A stretch of 64,000 nt of DNA from Selaginella moellendorffii. Taxonomy: Eukaryota; Plantae; Lycopodiophyta. Shown in pieces: positions 51,603 to 63,733 of the stretch. Where the stretch lies: contig NW_003314315.1 in assembly GCF_000143415.4 (NCBI RefSeq), positions 372,001 through 436,000 of the forward strand. Reading direction: 5' to 3'. A program made the position numbers and the translations under genes. A model generated the notes under the pieces. That model searched no databases. It saw nothing but the letters and a program-made list of their open reading frames with translations, and had not been told where the DNA came from. Every line of letters begins with the position of its first letter. The first letter of the stretch is position 1.

Positions 51603-51890
51603 GAAGAAGCGTTTTTCTTTTCTCCCCGTGTATATTGTCAAAAGTTGTACGTAATGGGACGTGTGACTATACCGTGCGATTTCGTGTGGACTCCATGACC
51701 ACTTTTGGCGCCAAGCGTCCTAGGGCTTTAGACCTTTGCCCCGTGATCCAGGGCGGCCGTGTAGGGGAGATAGCGAGATCCTAGCTCCGCGCTTCTAGGT
51801 TTGTGGCAGCGATTTCGATACGGCATTGGGATAGAGTGATGGATTTGCCGTGCGCGAGCCGGGATTTCGCAATGGCCGAGTGACGGCGCG

Positions 51891-51952
51891 CAGATCTTGG
51901 CCAGGAATCTCAGGCGGATCTTGGCCAGGAATCTCAGCCAGATCTTGGCCAG
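51891..51952 (+). repeat. 24-bp tandem repeat (~2.6 units) just upstream of the kinase ATG
   Basis: C(A/G)GATCTTGGCCAGGAATCTCAG(G/C) repeated. Confidence 0.85.
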
Positions 51953-51970
51953 TGGAATCGGCAGCGCGCG

Positions 51971-54181
51971 ATGGAAGATCATCGGCTGCCTACGAAGATC
52001 GCGAAATGGATCTTCAAGCACGGCCAGTGCAACGGGTCGGCTGTGGTGTCGCCATTGCCAGTAGATGGGAATTCCGGGGAAGAGCTGAGTCGCCGGGCTC
52101 GCAGAAGGCTTGGCAAGCGAGGCGAGGAGAAGCTTATAGGGATCCTTGGAGCTGAGAATCACGAAGAACGGCGGCAAATCAGAGCTTTCTTGGCGCAGCA
52201 GCGCGTTAGAGACGATGATATGGACACAACCGATGAGAGCTCCGAGTTTGATCGGCTAGAGCGGAGAAGCCCGCTCCATGCTGCCTTCAGGCCTAGAGCT
52301 CCAGTCAGAAGCGGTGGAACTACTCCTCCTCGATTTTCCAGGCCAGCTTTCCAGCGTCAAGAAGGTTTCTCCAGTGCCACTACTAGCAGCAGCTATACAA
52401 GGAGTGACTTGTCGAGTGTTCTTCAGTACGAGAGAACGCCGCCATTGTCACCCTCGAGCGTCTACTCGGGTCAGTCATCTTCGCCTTCTTCTTACCAACA
52501 TCACAGCCGAGAAAGAGTCCGTGGCAGCCATCTCCAATCGCTTTTGTGTCCTCGGCCACTTCCTCTATATCCTTCGAACCAGCGGCAGCAGTTCCATCAT
52601 TCCAGGGGGTATCCAGGGACTCCCAGGAACGTCTTCACGAACCACCTTTACTCTCCAGTTGGTACTGCTGGCTCTGACGAGGAAGGGATTTTTGCAAGGG
52701 CGTACCAAGATCCTCCGAGGCGTTCTGACGAGGAAGGGATTTTTGCAAGGGCGTACCAAGATCCTCCGAGGCGTTCTTTCACTCAACCAGCCAGGCCATC
52801 GGTGACTTTCGGATTCTCGGAGCCCCAGTCTCCCTACATGTCTCCTCGGATGAACATGACGCATCAGTCTCCATATCCGGCTTACTGTCCCTCACCTCGA
52901 CCGAAAGTCGTCCTCTGCGAGAAGCTCGGCTGTGGTTCTTACTCGGTCGTCTACAGAGGAGAAAACACGTGAGCTTTCCTTCTCTTTCCTCGTGAGACTG
53001 ACTGACGCTTCTTTTCTCGCTCTCTCTTGGATCTATCAGACAAACGGGCCAACAAGTCGCAGTGAAGGTTCTCCATGACGACGAAAGGTTATCACCAAAG
53101 GTGAGCTTACATAGCTGGGAGAGTGGAAAAGCACACTCCACTTGAGCTCTCAATCAATGCAGGAAGTTTCTGTTCTAAGTCGGCTTGATCACGAGCACAT
53201 TGTCAAGTACATCGGGACCACGACACTGGTAAGTTTTACGGTAGACTCCATAACATTTATGGAGTTCTTCTCCAGTTTTGACGTGAGACGCGCCTGACAG
53301 GGAGACGGCAGAGCTGGCATTCTGCTAGAACTCATGAAGTGCTCGCTCGCATCGGTGATAAAGGAGTCGAATGGACTGGACGAAAGTAAACTTCGTGTTT
53401 ACACGCGACAAATTCTCAGTGGACTGGAGTATCTCCATCGCATGAACATCGTTCACAGGTAAAAAAGCTAAGAAGCTCGATGGCGATCTGATTGACGTTT
53501 TCTCTGGACAAGCAGGGATGTCAAGTGTGGAAATATTTTACTGGACCCCAACGGGAAAGCCAAGCTCGCAGATTTTGGTCTTGCAAAGAAGGTAAACAAC
53601 TTATCTCAAGTTGGCTCTTTTTGTTCTTACAGCACAGATGACACCAGATTGATTATTCGGTTGCAAAGTCGTGCAAGGGAACTTTTGTTTACATGGCTCC
53701 AGAGGTTCTCTTGAATTAAAACTGTTTGACACTGATGTGGTCCAAATCGCAGGTTCTCTTGACAGAAGGAACCTACGGTCTCGCCGCGGACGTGTGGAGC
53801 TTGGGATGCACAGTGATCGAAATGGCGTGTGGAAAGCCGCCGTGGAGCGGTTTCGGGGTAAGATCTCTCACTTTCACTTCGTTCTTTCCTCTTTTCTTCT
53901 CGATCCCGGACATAGACTTTTCATCTCTTTAGCTCTGAGTTCCTTGGGAACTAGAGATTTAGCGTAGTGAAATCTTGGGACTAACTTTAAGCTGGAACTT
54001 TGGATCGCAGATGATGCCATTCTACGAGAGAATGAGAGACGGCTGCTCCCCACCGATTCCTCCCAAGATGAGCACCGAGGCCGTGAGTTTCATCAACCTC
54101 TGCCTGACCAGAGACCCGAGACGAAGACCTAGCGCTGCGGCACTGCTATCGCATTCCTTCTTCCAAAAGTGTAAAATATGA
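51971..54181 (+). CDS. MEKK-like MAP kinase kinase kinase (multi-exon)
   Basis: S/P-rich N-terminus; [80 protein letters not shown]. Confidence 0.88.
52673..52774 (+). repeat. Perfect 51-bp in-frame tandem duplication in the kinase N-terminus
   Basis: [17 protein letters not shown] twice, identical at the DNA level. Confidence 0.95.
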
Positions 54182-54633
54182 AATAATAAAACCTCCAACT
54201 CCCTCAAATTACAGGAATGTTCTATAAGATTCTTGCCACGTGGCAGTGGAGGTGTTATCTAGGCACCGGCATGGACTGAAGCTCCATTAGAAAACGAAGC
54301 CCTTGCTCGACGCGGGTTTCGATTGGGTCAAGCGCGAGCGCGCGTCGATTGCCGCCGGCTACGCGGTGGATCTCTCCTCGTGGCTACATTTTCCAGTGAA
54401 ATATCGGCAAATCTCGCGCGGCGATGCGGCAGGGATGCCACATTTCGTCCGTTCCCAGCGCCATCCATCAGCGGCAGCTTGTTCTTGAGCCCCGAGCAGG
54501 GATCGGACTGGGGTTCTAACAGGTTTGGCGGGATTCTCTAGCAGCCTCTGGTTCTTGATCTCTGGCGTTGGAAGCGTAGCAGATTTTCAAGAGGTTTAGA
54601 GAGATTTGTGGTGGGGTGGGACATTCAAGCGCC

Positions 54634-55858
54634 ATGGCTGGCCAGATCAGGGCTGTTTGCTTCCCTCTGTTTAGATTCCATCTACACGACTGGCTCGCGA
54701 TAATTTTTCTTCTGGGCATGGAGGCGCTGCTGCTTGTCATCCATCCCTTCAAGAGATACATTGGCGAGCCGATGATCGACGACTATAAGTTCCCTTTCAA
54801 TAACAACACTATCCCCGTTGCCGCTGTTCCGGTAAGCTCGCGTGTCTCCTTAGAGACTAGGTCTTCTGAAAGATTCTTTGCTTCACAGGTCATAGCTCTC
54901 GTCATTCCGTTGATCTTTATCATTGGGTACTACATCCGGAATAGAGACTTGCGGGATTTGCACTACGGCTTTCTCGGTAAGCTTATTTTTCTTTCATCTC
55001 TCTCTCGAACCAAGAGAAGAGCTCGGACTAAGTAAACTATGTTGTTCTTGTTTTTTTACTACAGGCTTGCTTTTCGCGGTGCTTATTACTGCTGTTCTTA
55101 CTGATGCGATCAAAGACGCAGTTGGACGTCCAAGGCCTGATTTCTTCTGGCGGTGTTTTCCAGATGGCATACCGGTAAGTCCTGCTAGACAACCAAACGT
55201 GGATCTTACTCGTGAAGTGCTCCACAGTTATACACGACGAAAACTCGGGAAGTTATGTGCACTGGTGACAAAGCCGACATACGTGAAGGCTACAAAAGTT
55301 TTCCAAGTGGCCACACATCATGTAAGGCATCTTTGTCTTGCGATCGCCTTGCGTGCTTATTAATCCTTTCTACAGGGTCTTTTGCAGGGTTGGGGTATCT
55401 TTCCCTCTATCTCGCGGGAAAGATATGTGCGTTCGATCGCCAGGGTCGTGTTGCCAAGCTGATCATTGTCGTCGTCCCGTTGCTCGGTGCAACGTTGGTT
55501 GGCATATCACGCGTCGATGACTATTGGCACCATTGGCAAGACGTGTTTGCCGGGGCTATCATAGGTACACTGTGTTCTACTTGGTTTTTTTTCTTTTCTT
55601 TTTGTGCTTGATTCTGTTGCATTCTACAGGCCTGACTATGGCACATATTTGCTACAGACAACACTTTCCTAGTGTGTACGATGAATACAGTAAGTTTCGA
55701 TTTCCGAGTGTTTGCAAACGTAGATTCTTATCGTGGCATCTCCAGGCTTTTCTCCATATCCCGAGAGACGCGCTCCGGCCGACTGGCCACCACCACGAGC
55801 TAACGGTAGCGTTAGAGATCTAGAGAACGGGAGAGATGTGGAGATCTCCAGATTATAG
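54634..55858 (+). CDS. Lipid phosphate phosphatase (PAP2 family), multi-exon
   Basis: HLHDWL; [19 protein letters not shown]; KSFPSGHTS; [16 protein letters not shown]. Confidence 0.93.
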
Positions 55859-56504
55859 CTGCGACTGTGATGGGTGTATACTCTGCTGGTATGCGTTTAA
55901 ATTATCAACTTTTTTTTTTTTTTTTTGAGCCCAAGCACTCTCGCTCGGTTGTAAAGCAGTGACATGACATACGCACTTTGTGTCACCTCAGACCCTGCTT
56001 GTTGGACGAGTCTTCCTCAAGAATTCCTCTTCCTCGGGGTGGGGCTCGCCGCCGCTGGATCAAAGATTCCAAACGCCACCGGAAGCGAAGTAAGGGCTTC
56101 TCCAACTTTTCCTGTAGCGCTTTCCTAAAGCAAAAGTTTTTATCCTCGCAGGACTTTCTCAAACAAGATTGTGGTCTATGGGCATATGCAATGATCAAAG
56201 TTGTCTGTGACTAGATAGTCTGGTTGGATTGATAATATGAACAAGAATTTGTAGTCTGATTGCATTGCTTGATTGGTGGTTGTATACAAATCTTGCAGCT
56301 TAGGCAATTGGAACCCGTGTAGTCGTTTTTACATAGATTCATTTTGATTCCCTATAATGCCCTGTTGTAGCATTTTCTTCAAATAAAGCCTCACTATTCA
56401 CTTCAGACAATTGTTATTTTCTTTTCAGCTTAGGTTTGAACAAGAATAGAATTCAGTATTTATTTCAATATAAAAAGTGACCAAGTAACTTCAGAAGCAT
56501 CTTA

Positions 56505-57756
56505 TCACGATGATGCTAATTCACTAATGCTGATGGGAGAAACATCACCTGAAGTAGCACCAGTCCACCATCGATCAGCAGCCATACTATTAAATGCATC
56601 GGTTTGGTGAATACCATCCCAAAAGGCATACTTTGTTCTATCCTGACAAAGCCTAGCTCCAGAATTGCAATTCAAAGTATGGGATCCTTGTGGACAACAA
56701 GCACTGGTTGAATCAATGAATCCTGTTTATTCCCAAAATATAAATAATATTAGATTGGTTAATTAAAATAAAACTCACCATAAGATTGTGGATTGTTGTG
56801 AACATCTACCATTAATCCATAAAAATTGGTCATCACAAATTGAGCATCTTTATGAGAATTTCTTAAATTCTCAAGAGCTGATTGTAACATATTATTATAT
56901 ATTTGAGCTCCTTGCTGTGCAACAGATGCACATTGTCCTCCAACCACATTCAATGGAATGCATCCAACAGCACTTAATCCAACTATAACAAATTTTCTAG
57001 CACCCAAATTATATAATGTCTGAAATCAAATAAAAATCATAAAATCAAAAATAAAATTGAAAATAATAATAATCATATTTACCTGGAGTTCATTAACAAA
57101 AGTATTAATAATGGTTTGCTCATCAGATTGTGAAATCCTCCTTGTTCTTTGATACATATTATTAATATCATTGTTTCCTGAGCAAATATAAAAAATAGAT
57201 TTTGCAACAAGAGTAGATGCATTAGATGATCCAATCATTTGAACCATTTTTTGTTTCAAACTCCTAAAGTCATCAATTTGACTTGCAAGAGCTTGTCCTC
57301 CTCCCTTTAAAATCACAAAATTATAAAATTTAAATCAACAAAATTAATAATGTTTACCGTATGAGTTTGTGAAAGGATTCCAGAACCAGCAGAACCAAAA
57401 TTTGCACCTTGAAGAATATTATTTCCAGCTTGGAAATAAGCTGGTGGTAATGGTAATCCCAAATGTAATGCTATAAAACAGAATTATAAAATAACATTCA
57501 ATTATAAAAACAGCAAACACTTACCAATATATTCAACAAGCAAACGACCATTACAAAATCGACTTGCTTGACCTCCAGGAAAATCAATACCATAAGGATA
57601 ACCAACATGAGCATTATCACCCGCATCTACTAGAGAATCCCCAAATGCAAATAAAGCTGGGACAGATGAATTCATTTGCTGAGAAAACACCCTCAAACCA
57701 GAAAACATAGCAAACACAACAAAGAAAAGAAAGAAAAGAAATGCAGAAGTTGCCAT
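56505..57756 (-). CDS. Secreted GDSL esterase/lipase (multi-exon)
   Basis: Signal peptide; ALFAFGDSLVDAG; PYGIDFP...SRFCNGR; NFGSAGSGI; GNND; AFWDGIHQT. Confidence 0.9.
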
Positions 57757-58010
57757 GTTGCTAAGTGTAAAGAACAATATTTTGTGAGACGAACCCTTCA
57801 GCTTTTATACCACAAAATGTTATAATCTTAGCGATCTATTCCAAGTAAAGAGATATTATATACACGATTACATATTATTAACAAAGTAGGCCCTTTGTAA
57901 ATTTGTTCTGCTGGTATGACGAGCAAAAGTTTTTATCCTACGGTTAAAAAAAACACCTTTTTACGCAGAAGTATAAAAAAGGGTCGCACTCCTGTAACCC
58001 TCATCATCAA

Positions 58011-58424
58011 ATGGCGAATCGCTACGTTTCAGTGGAGCACGTCCTCGCGCTGCTGCAAAACTCGGCGGAGATGCTACCCATCGGCGCCAAGGATTTGGAA
58101 AAGCTCATGGACGTGGTGGCCAACATGCTCCCCAGCAAGAGCAAGGATTTAGTGGGAGCTCCAGCCAGCGTCGTCGAGGACAAGCGACTCGTGGGCGATG
58201 GCGGCGCTCAAAGCTTGAAGAGAAAGGCCTTGGACTTGGAGGGCTTGGACAAGGACGATTACGCGCTGCTCAGCGCTGAAAGCTTGAAGAGGAAGGCCTT
58301 GGAGGAGGAGGCGAGCGCCAAGTTCACGGAATCGAGAGCTTGCAAAAGGTATAACCTCAGGAAGAAGAACAAGAAGCAGCACACGAGCCTTTGCCAGGAG
58401 TTTTTCTTGTGCAAGTGCCACTGA
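58011..58424 (+). CDS. Hypothetical small basic protein with a repeated SLKRKAL motif
   Basis: TATAAAA at ~57972, GC3-rich 137-aa ORF, NLS-like motifs. Confidence 0.55.
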   Translation: MANRYVSVEHVLALLQNSAEMLPIGAKDLEKLMDVVANMLPSKSKDLVGAPASVVEDKRLVGDGGAQSLKRKALDLEGLDKDDYALLSAESLKRKALEEEASAKFTESRACKRYNLRKKNKKQHTSLCQEFFLCKCH

Positions 58425-58623
58425 GTAGATCTCGCAGTGTAAAGATATCTTGAATCGAGACAAACTTGGAGAGTTTACCCCACATGTTCTTCCAACTTTG
58501 GATGATCAAACATCTTTCGTGTTTCTTGTCAGCTTTGCAATGAGTTCTCAAATGATCTCATGGAAGATCTAGCGAAACAAAGTCTTAGAACCTTGTGCGA
58601 CTTTCCAGGAGAAATCTAAGCGC

Positions 58624-59650
58624 TTACCTTCTGTCACTGATGCTGTAGAACTCGGCCAGGTAGTCGAGCGCCTCGGAGTTGTTCCTGCAAACTCTCCACA
58701 GCGCCTCCACTTCTCCCTCGGCCACAGTCCCCCACTCTCTGCACGTAGCCAGGAACTCCAGCAAGTGATCGTAGAATCCATCGTAGTTTATCAGCAGGAA
58801 CGGCACTGGGAAGCTGGAGCCGATCCGCCGCAGCTGGATCAAAGTCAGCACCTCGAAGATCTCGTCCAAGCTTCCAACGCCCCCGGGCAAAGCCAGGAAC
58901 GCGGTGCGATCGGACGGAGCGTTACGTACTCCCGCATCAACGAGGCCGTGCTTTCGCGCCGAGAAGAATCTAATTGCAAGGATGGTATTCTTAGTTTCTA
59001 GAAAAACCAAGAGAGAGCTTGTTTACCTGCAGGTGAGATAAGTTCCCGAGACCATGTAAGGATGGCTCAAAGTGTTCGTCCACACACCGCCCTCGTTGTG
59101 GATTCTAAATCCTCCCACCGGCTTCCCGGCCTCGAGAGCTCCTTTGGTGGCAGCGTCCATTAATCCTGGGCCAGCTCCACACCAGGACGTGCAGCCGAGC
59201 AGCAAAGCAACCTGGGAGGAACTCGAAGAACTTAGAAACTTGCCATGATCTAAAAGCACCTCTCGCCCGAGCTCCATGGCTTGAAGGAAGTGAGGATGGT
59301 CTGGCTTGGTTCTCGCTGATCCCAGGTACACGGCTCCACGGCCAAGCTTCTGCACGAGATCATAGCAGCTCAAGATCTCCCTTCTCACCTGGAACAGCAC
59401 AAACAAGCAATGTCAAGCTCTCTCGCTCGAGTTCTGGAAGAGTTACCTCGTCTGCGCTGCTCCGGCTCTCAAACTCTTGAATGTAAGTTGGAGAGCTCTT
59501 CGAACAGCACAGTGACTGATTGCCCGACTTGGGCGATGCATTTGATGGCCGAGCAGCGAAGATTTCTCTCCTCCTCGTCTTGTTGGTCATCGAGATCTCG
59601 CCTCCCAGAGCAGCAGCAGTAGCAGCAGCAGTAGCAGCCATGGCGTCCAT
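58624..59650 (-). CDS. LOG/lysine-decarboxylase-like family protein (plastid-type), multi-exon
   Basis: AVYLGSAR; GAGPGLMDAA; RFFSARKHGL; ALPGGVGSLDEIFE; LINYDGFYDHLL; first ATG at 59650. Confidence 0.85.
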
Positions 59651-59732
59651 CCCAGCAGCTAAGCGACTGATTTCTCGATGCCACAAAACGAAGCTTTAAA
59701 ATAATCCTCCTCGAACTCTCAAACTCACCACC

Positions 59733-61592
59733 TCACCCGAGGTGGCGCTTGATCAAGCTCATCACGTCCCACTCCTTCTCCGCGAGAGCTCCAAGCATGA
59801 GGATGGACTGCGCACCTTCACCGCCCGGCTCGAGCTCGCCCACCATCTCCGCGGCGTGCTCCGCCCGCTCTACGTCGCCATGTATCCGGCACCCGCTCAG
59901 CAGCGTCATCCAGCCCGTGACGCACGGCTCGAACGGCATCGTCTCCACGAGCTCCTCGGCGTCCTGGAGCCAGCCGCAGCGTCCCAGCAGGTCCACCAGG
60001 CACATATAGTGCTCCCACAGCAGCTCCACCTCGCGGTGGTGATCCACAAACTCCACGAAGTAGCCGCGACCATCCTCCACTCGCCCGGCGTGGCTGGCAC
60101 CGATGACGAGCCCGATGAGCGTGATGCTGCTGGGGTCCGTCCCGTCCAGCACCATCTCGCGGTACACCGCCACGGCACTGCCCAGATGCCCGAGCTGCGC
60201 ATACGCCGCCACCATCGAGTTCCAGCACACCAAGTCCCTGTGCCGGAGCTCGTCGAAAACTCTCCTCGCGTCGTCCAGGCAGCTACACTTCGCGTACATG
60301 TGGATGAGCGCCGAGCACACCACGGCGGCGCCGCTCCACTCCTCCGCCACCACCCTGGCGTGGATCCGCCGCCCTTCCGCCAGATCCCCCAGCGCGGCAC
60401 ACGCCGAGAGCGCGTTGGCGTGCGTGATGCAGTTGGGCTTCACCGCCGGGGAGGATGACTCCATCGCCTTGTAGAGATCGAGAGCTTGGAGATGGTGGCC
60501 GCCGTGCGCGTACGCCGCCACCATGGTGCTCCAGCTGATGACGCTCCTGCGACGCATCCCATCGAAGAGCTTCCGGGCCTCGACAATGGATCCACAGCGA
60601 GCGTACATGTTGAGCAGCGTGTTGTCCAGCGCTACGTCGCTGTGGAAGCCGCTCTTGAGGATCTGGAGGTGGAGCGCGCGCCCGGCGTCGATCGCCGCTG
60701 GACCGATGGCCGCGCACGCCGCCGCCACTGACGAGTACGTGAAGGCGTCCGGGCGGATGCCCCGCCGCTCCATCTCGCGGAAGAGATCCAAGGCCCGGCG
60801 AGCGTACAAATGCCCGTTCTGGGCATTTGCTGCGAGCATGGCGTTCCAGGCCACCACGTCTCGATCGGGCATCTTGTCAAAGATCTCTCTGGCCTCCTCG
60901 GGTTCTTTGCATTTTCCATACATGTTGATCAGCGCGGTGTGGACGATCACACTGGAAGTCGCCACCCTCGCGTGGATCTTCCGCCCGGCGGCAAGATCCC
61001 CGAGGTTGGCACAAATGCCGATCACGGTGGCCACGAGCACGTCGTCGATCTCCACGCCGGTGGCGGACATCTGCTCGTAGAGATCCAGCGCCGCGCGGTT
61101 GCGCCCGTTCTGGGCGTGCGCTGCCAGCACGATGCTCCAGGTGAACTTGTTGCGCTCGGGCATGGCGTCGAAGAGGGCGCGGCCGGATTCCAGCGCGCCC
61201 AGCTTGCCATACATGTGGATGAGGAGATTGGCGAGGAAGACGTTGCTGCCCAGTCCCAGCTGCTGGATCAATCGGTGCGCCCCGATCCCGCTGCCCAGAT
61301 CCCTCTCAGCTACACACCTGCGCAACACGGCGGCCATTTGGGCGATCGAGGCGTCGCTGCTCTTGAGCTCCTCCAGCCACGCCTGGAGGCCAGAGCTGGA
61401 TGAGCTCTCTGCGATGGCGCTGGCGCTGGCCATGGGCGATGGTGGCTTGCTCCATTTTTTGGGGCGCTCGCGCTCGTCGACGCTGCCCTTGCGCGAGTAG
61501 CTCCCGCCAAAGAGGATCTCCTGCTCCGCGTCCTGCAAGGCGCCGATGGATTTGCGCTGGAGGGGCGAGCTGCGGGAGGCGAGCCTTCGCAT
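59733..61592 (-). CDS. PLS-class PPR protein with an E domain
   Basis: PLS repeats; HYMCLVDLLGRCGWLQDAEEL; WMTLLSGCRIHGD; first ATG at 61592. Confidence 0.9.
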   Translation of the reverse strand: MRRLASRSSPLQRKSIGALQDAEQEILFGGSYSRKGSVDERERPKKWSKPPSPMASASAIAESSSSSGLQAWLEELKSSDASIAQMAAVLRRCVAERDLGSGIGAHRLIQQLGLGSNVFLANLLIHMYGKLGALESGRALFDAMPERNKFTWSIVLAAHAQNGRNRAALDLYEQMSATGVEIDDVLVATVIGICANLGDLAAGRKIHARVATSSVIVHTALINMYGKCKEPEEAREIFDKMPDRDVVAWNAMLAANAQNGHLYARRALDLFREMERRGIRPDAFTYSSVAAACAAIGPAAIDAGRALHLQILKSGFHSDVALDNTLLNMYARCGSIVEARKLFDGMRRRSVISWSTMVAAYAHGGHHLQALDLYKAMESSSPAVKPNCITHANALSACAALGDLAEGRRIHARVVAEEWSGAAVVCSALIHMYAKCSCLDDARRVFDELRHRDLVCWNSMVAAYAQLGHLGSAVAVYREMVLDGTDPSSITLIGLVIGASHAGRVEDGRGYFVEFVDHHREVELLWEHYMCLVDLLGRCGWLQDAEELVETMPFEPCVTGWMTLLSGCRIHGDVERAEHAAEMVGELEPGGEGAQSILMLGALAEKEWDVMSLIKRHLG

Positions 61593-61620
61593 AAGTGACG
61601 GCCGAATATTCCCCAAAATA

Positions 61621-61778
61621 TTGACAGAATATGTTAGTCAACGCCACCGGCCAGTCAACAAAAGTCAGACGAATACTCGTAGCGACCAACTGCTGTCAAT
61701 GAGCTTTGACTAAGAGAATCCGGAACCGCTGCCGGAATATCCTTTAGTCAACGCCGCCGGCTGGTCAAAGAAAGTCAG
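61621..61778. promoter_or_regulatory. W-box cluster within an imperfect ~35-bp direct repeat
   Basis: TTAGTCAACGCC(A/G)CCGGC..GTCAA..AAAGTCAG at ~61634 and ~61744; about five TTGACY sites on either strand. Confidence 0.55.
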
Positions 61779-62567
61779 CGCATCTTGGACCAACAATCAC
61801 GTTTGTTTTGTCTACACTATATATAATTTGTGCGTGGGCGGTGCATGGTTGGAAGCCGCGGGTTGGAAATCACAAAGAAATGTGTACGGACAAACAGAGG
61901 AGGAGGTGTGGCTTTTGGTCATGGGTGGCCCAAGGGCCGGCAAATCGCAGAAAGACATCCCGGGTACGATCCCGGGCAGGGCACCAGGCTGTCACGCGTG
62001 GACGCGAGGGCCGCTCTCCAATCCACTGGAATTTCTCGTGCCGGACGCCAGCGCGTCTATCAAATCGGGCTGTTGCCACGTGGGGCCCCTCCAGCCGCCG
62101 GATGCGCGTATCCGACGGCCGCGGGCCGGACTCCAAATGGGCTCCTCAAACTGGTTAACTGATTTCTCAGTGGCGAGAATAAGTATCAGGGCGTGCGGGC
62201 GAGGGTTTCGTCTGGGCGCGTTGGGAGAGGAGAGGGCGAGGGAGGAAAGAGGGTCCTGGGAATCGATCGAGCGAGGCCGTGAGAGATCCAGGGCGGCGGC
62301 GCGCGCGCGTGATTCCTCCGGGGCCGGCGGTAAGCCCCCTCTGGCCGATTTCTCCCCGCGGGTTAGGGTTCGTGCGTGGTCTCATGTTGGATAGCTGGCC
62401 ACGGGCTTTAGAAGGCTTAGATCGCGTGAGCAGAGGCTACAGGAGAGGGCGTGGTTCTTGGCGCTCCAAGCTAAAGCGACCCATCTGGAATCGCCGGGAG
62501 AGATAGAGGAGATAGAGATAGAGATAGAATTTGTGGCAGCACACACACACACACAAGGGGGAGATAG

Positions 62568-63431
62568 ATGTCAAAATTTCCAAAGGGTGGGTCTCTCCGC
62601 ATCAGGGACGTGTGGGCGAGCAACCTGGAGGAGGAGATTTCGTTCATCCGGAGCATCGTGGATGAGTTCCCGCTGCTGGCCATGGACACGGAGTTCCCGG
62701 GCGTGGTGGTGAGGCCGGTGGGTAACTTCCGGAGCTGCGCAGAGTATAACTACCAGACCCTCCGCGAGAACGTCAACATGCTCAAGCTCATCCAGCTGGG
62801 CCTCACCTTCTGCGACGCGGACGGCAACCTCCCGCGCTGCAACACCGGCGAGTACTGCGTGTGGCAATTCAACTTCCGCGAGTTCAACATCCGGGAGGAC
62901 GTTTGCGCCCAGGACTCGATCGACCTCCTGTGCCACAGCGGCATCGACTTTGCCAAGAACGAGGAGCAGGGCGTGGACTCGAGGCTGTTTGGGGAGCTGC
63001 TCATGTCCTCGGGGGTGGTGCTCAACGACGACATCCAGTGGATCACCTTCCACAGCGGCTACGACTTCGGCTACCTCCTCAAGCTGCTCACTTGCCAGCC
63101 ACTGCCGGCGTGCGAGGCCGACTTCTTCAACCTCATGCGCCTCTACTTCCCGGTCTTCTTCGACATCAAGTACATGATGAAGTTCCATGACAGCCTCCAC
63201 GGCGGCCTCAACCGGCTGGCGGAGCTGGTCGACGTTGCGCGCATCGGGCCGTGCCACCAGGCGGGGTCGGACAGCCTGCTCACGTCCGAGGTCTACCGCC
63301 GGCTCAAGGACAGGTACTTCCTGGAATCCATGGCCAAGTTCACGGGAGTGCTCTACGGGCTGGGATCGGACAATGCCGACGCTGCTGCTGCTGCTGCTGC
63401 CGCCGCCGCCGCAGCCGCTGCTGCGATCTAA
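62568..63431 (+). CDS. CAF1: CCR4-associated factor 1 deadenylase (DEDDh) with a C-terminal poly-Ala
   Basis: [12 protein letters not shown]; AMDTEFPG; LKLIQLGLT; [13 protein letters not shown]; [10 protein letters not shown]; intronless. Confidence 0.95.
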   Translation: MSKFPKGGSLRIRDVWASNLEEEISFIRSIVDEFPLLAMDTEFPGVVVRPVGNFRSCAEYNYQTLRENVNMLKLIQLGLTFCDADGNLPRCNTGEYCVWQFNFREFNIREDVCAQDSIDLLCHSGIDFAKNEEQGVDSRLFGELLMSSGVVLNDDIQWITFHSGYDFGYLLKLLTCQPLPACEADFFNLMRLYFPVFFDIKYMMKFHDSLHGGLNRLAELVDVARIGPCHQAGSDSLLTSEVYRRLKDRYFLESMAKFTGVLYGLGSDNADAAAAAAAAAAAAAAAI

Positions 63432-63733
63432 CTAGCGGCGGAGTTGCGTGATCTATGGAAGCGACGAGAAGATCCAACAACAAGACTCTCTACACTAATG
63501 TCTGCTGCTGCTCTGTACACTTGACAGTATGGACAAAGTCCGACATTTTTCTTATACTTATCACTGCTACAATCATCTCAATGCTACATAGTCTTTATTC
63601 TTATTTCCTCCCCACCATGATTTCACATGGTTTGTTTTCTTCGTCCTTTTCTGATTCGTCCTTTTCTTGTGGCTGGTTTTTTTTTCTTTTTCTTTTTTTC
63701 TTTTATGGTTTTTCTTTTGCTATGGTTGACTTC

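Noticed and set aside
51891-51952. CRISPR-like array
   Set aside because: Contiguous tandem units with no unique spacers, in eukaryotic DNA with no cas genes
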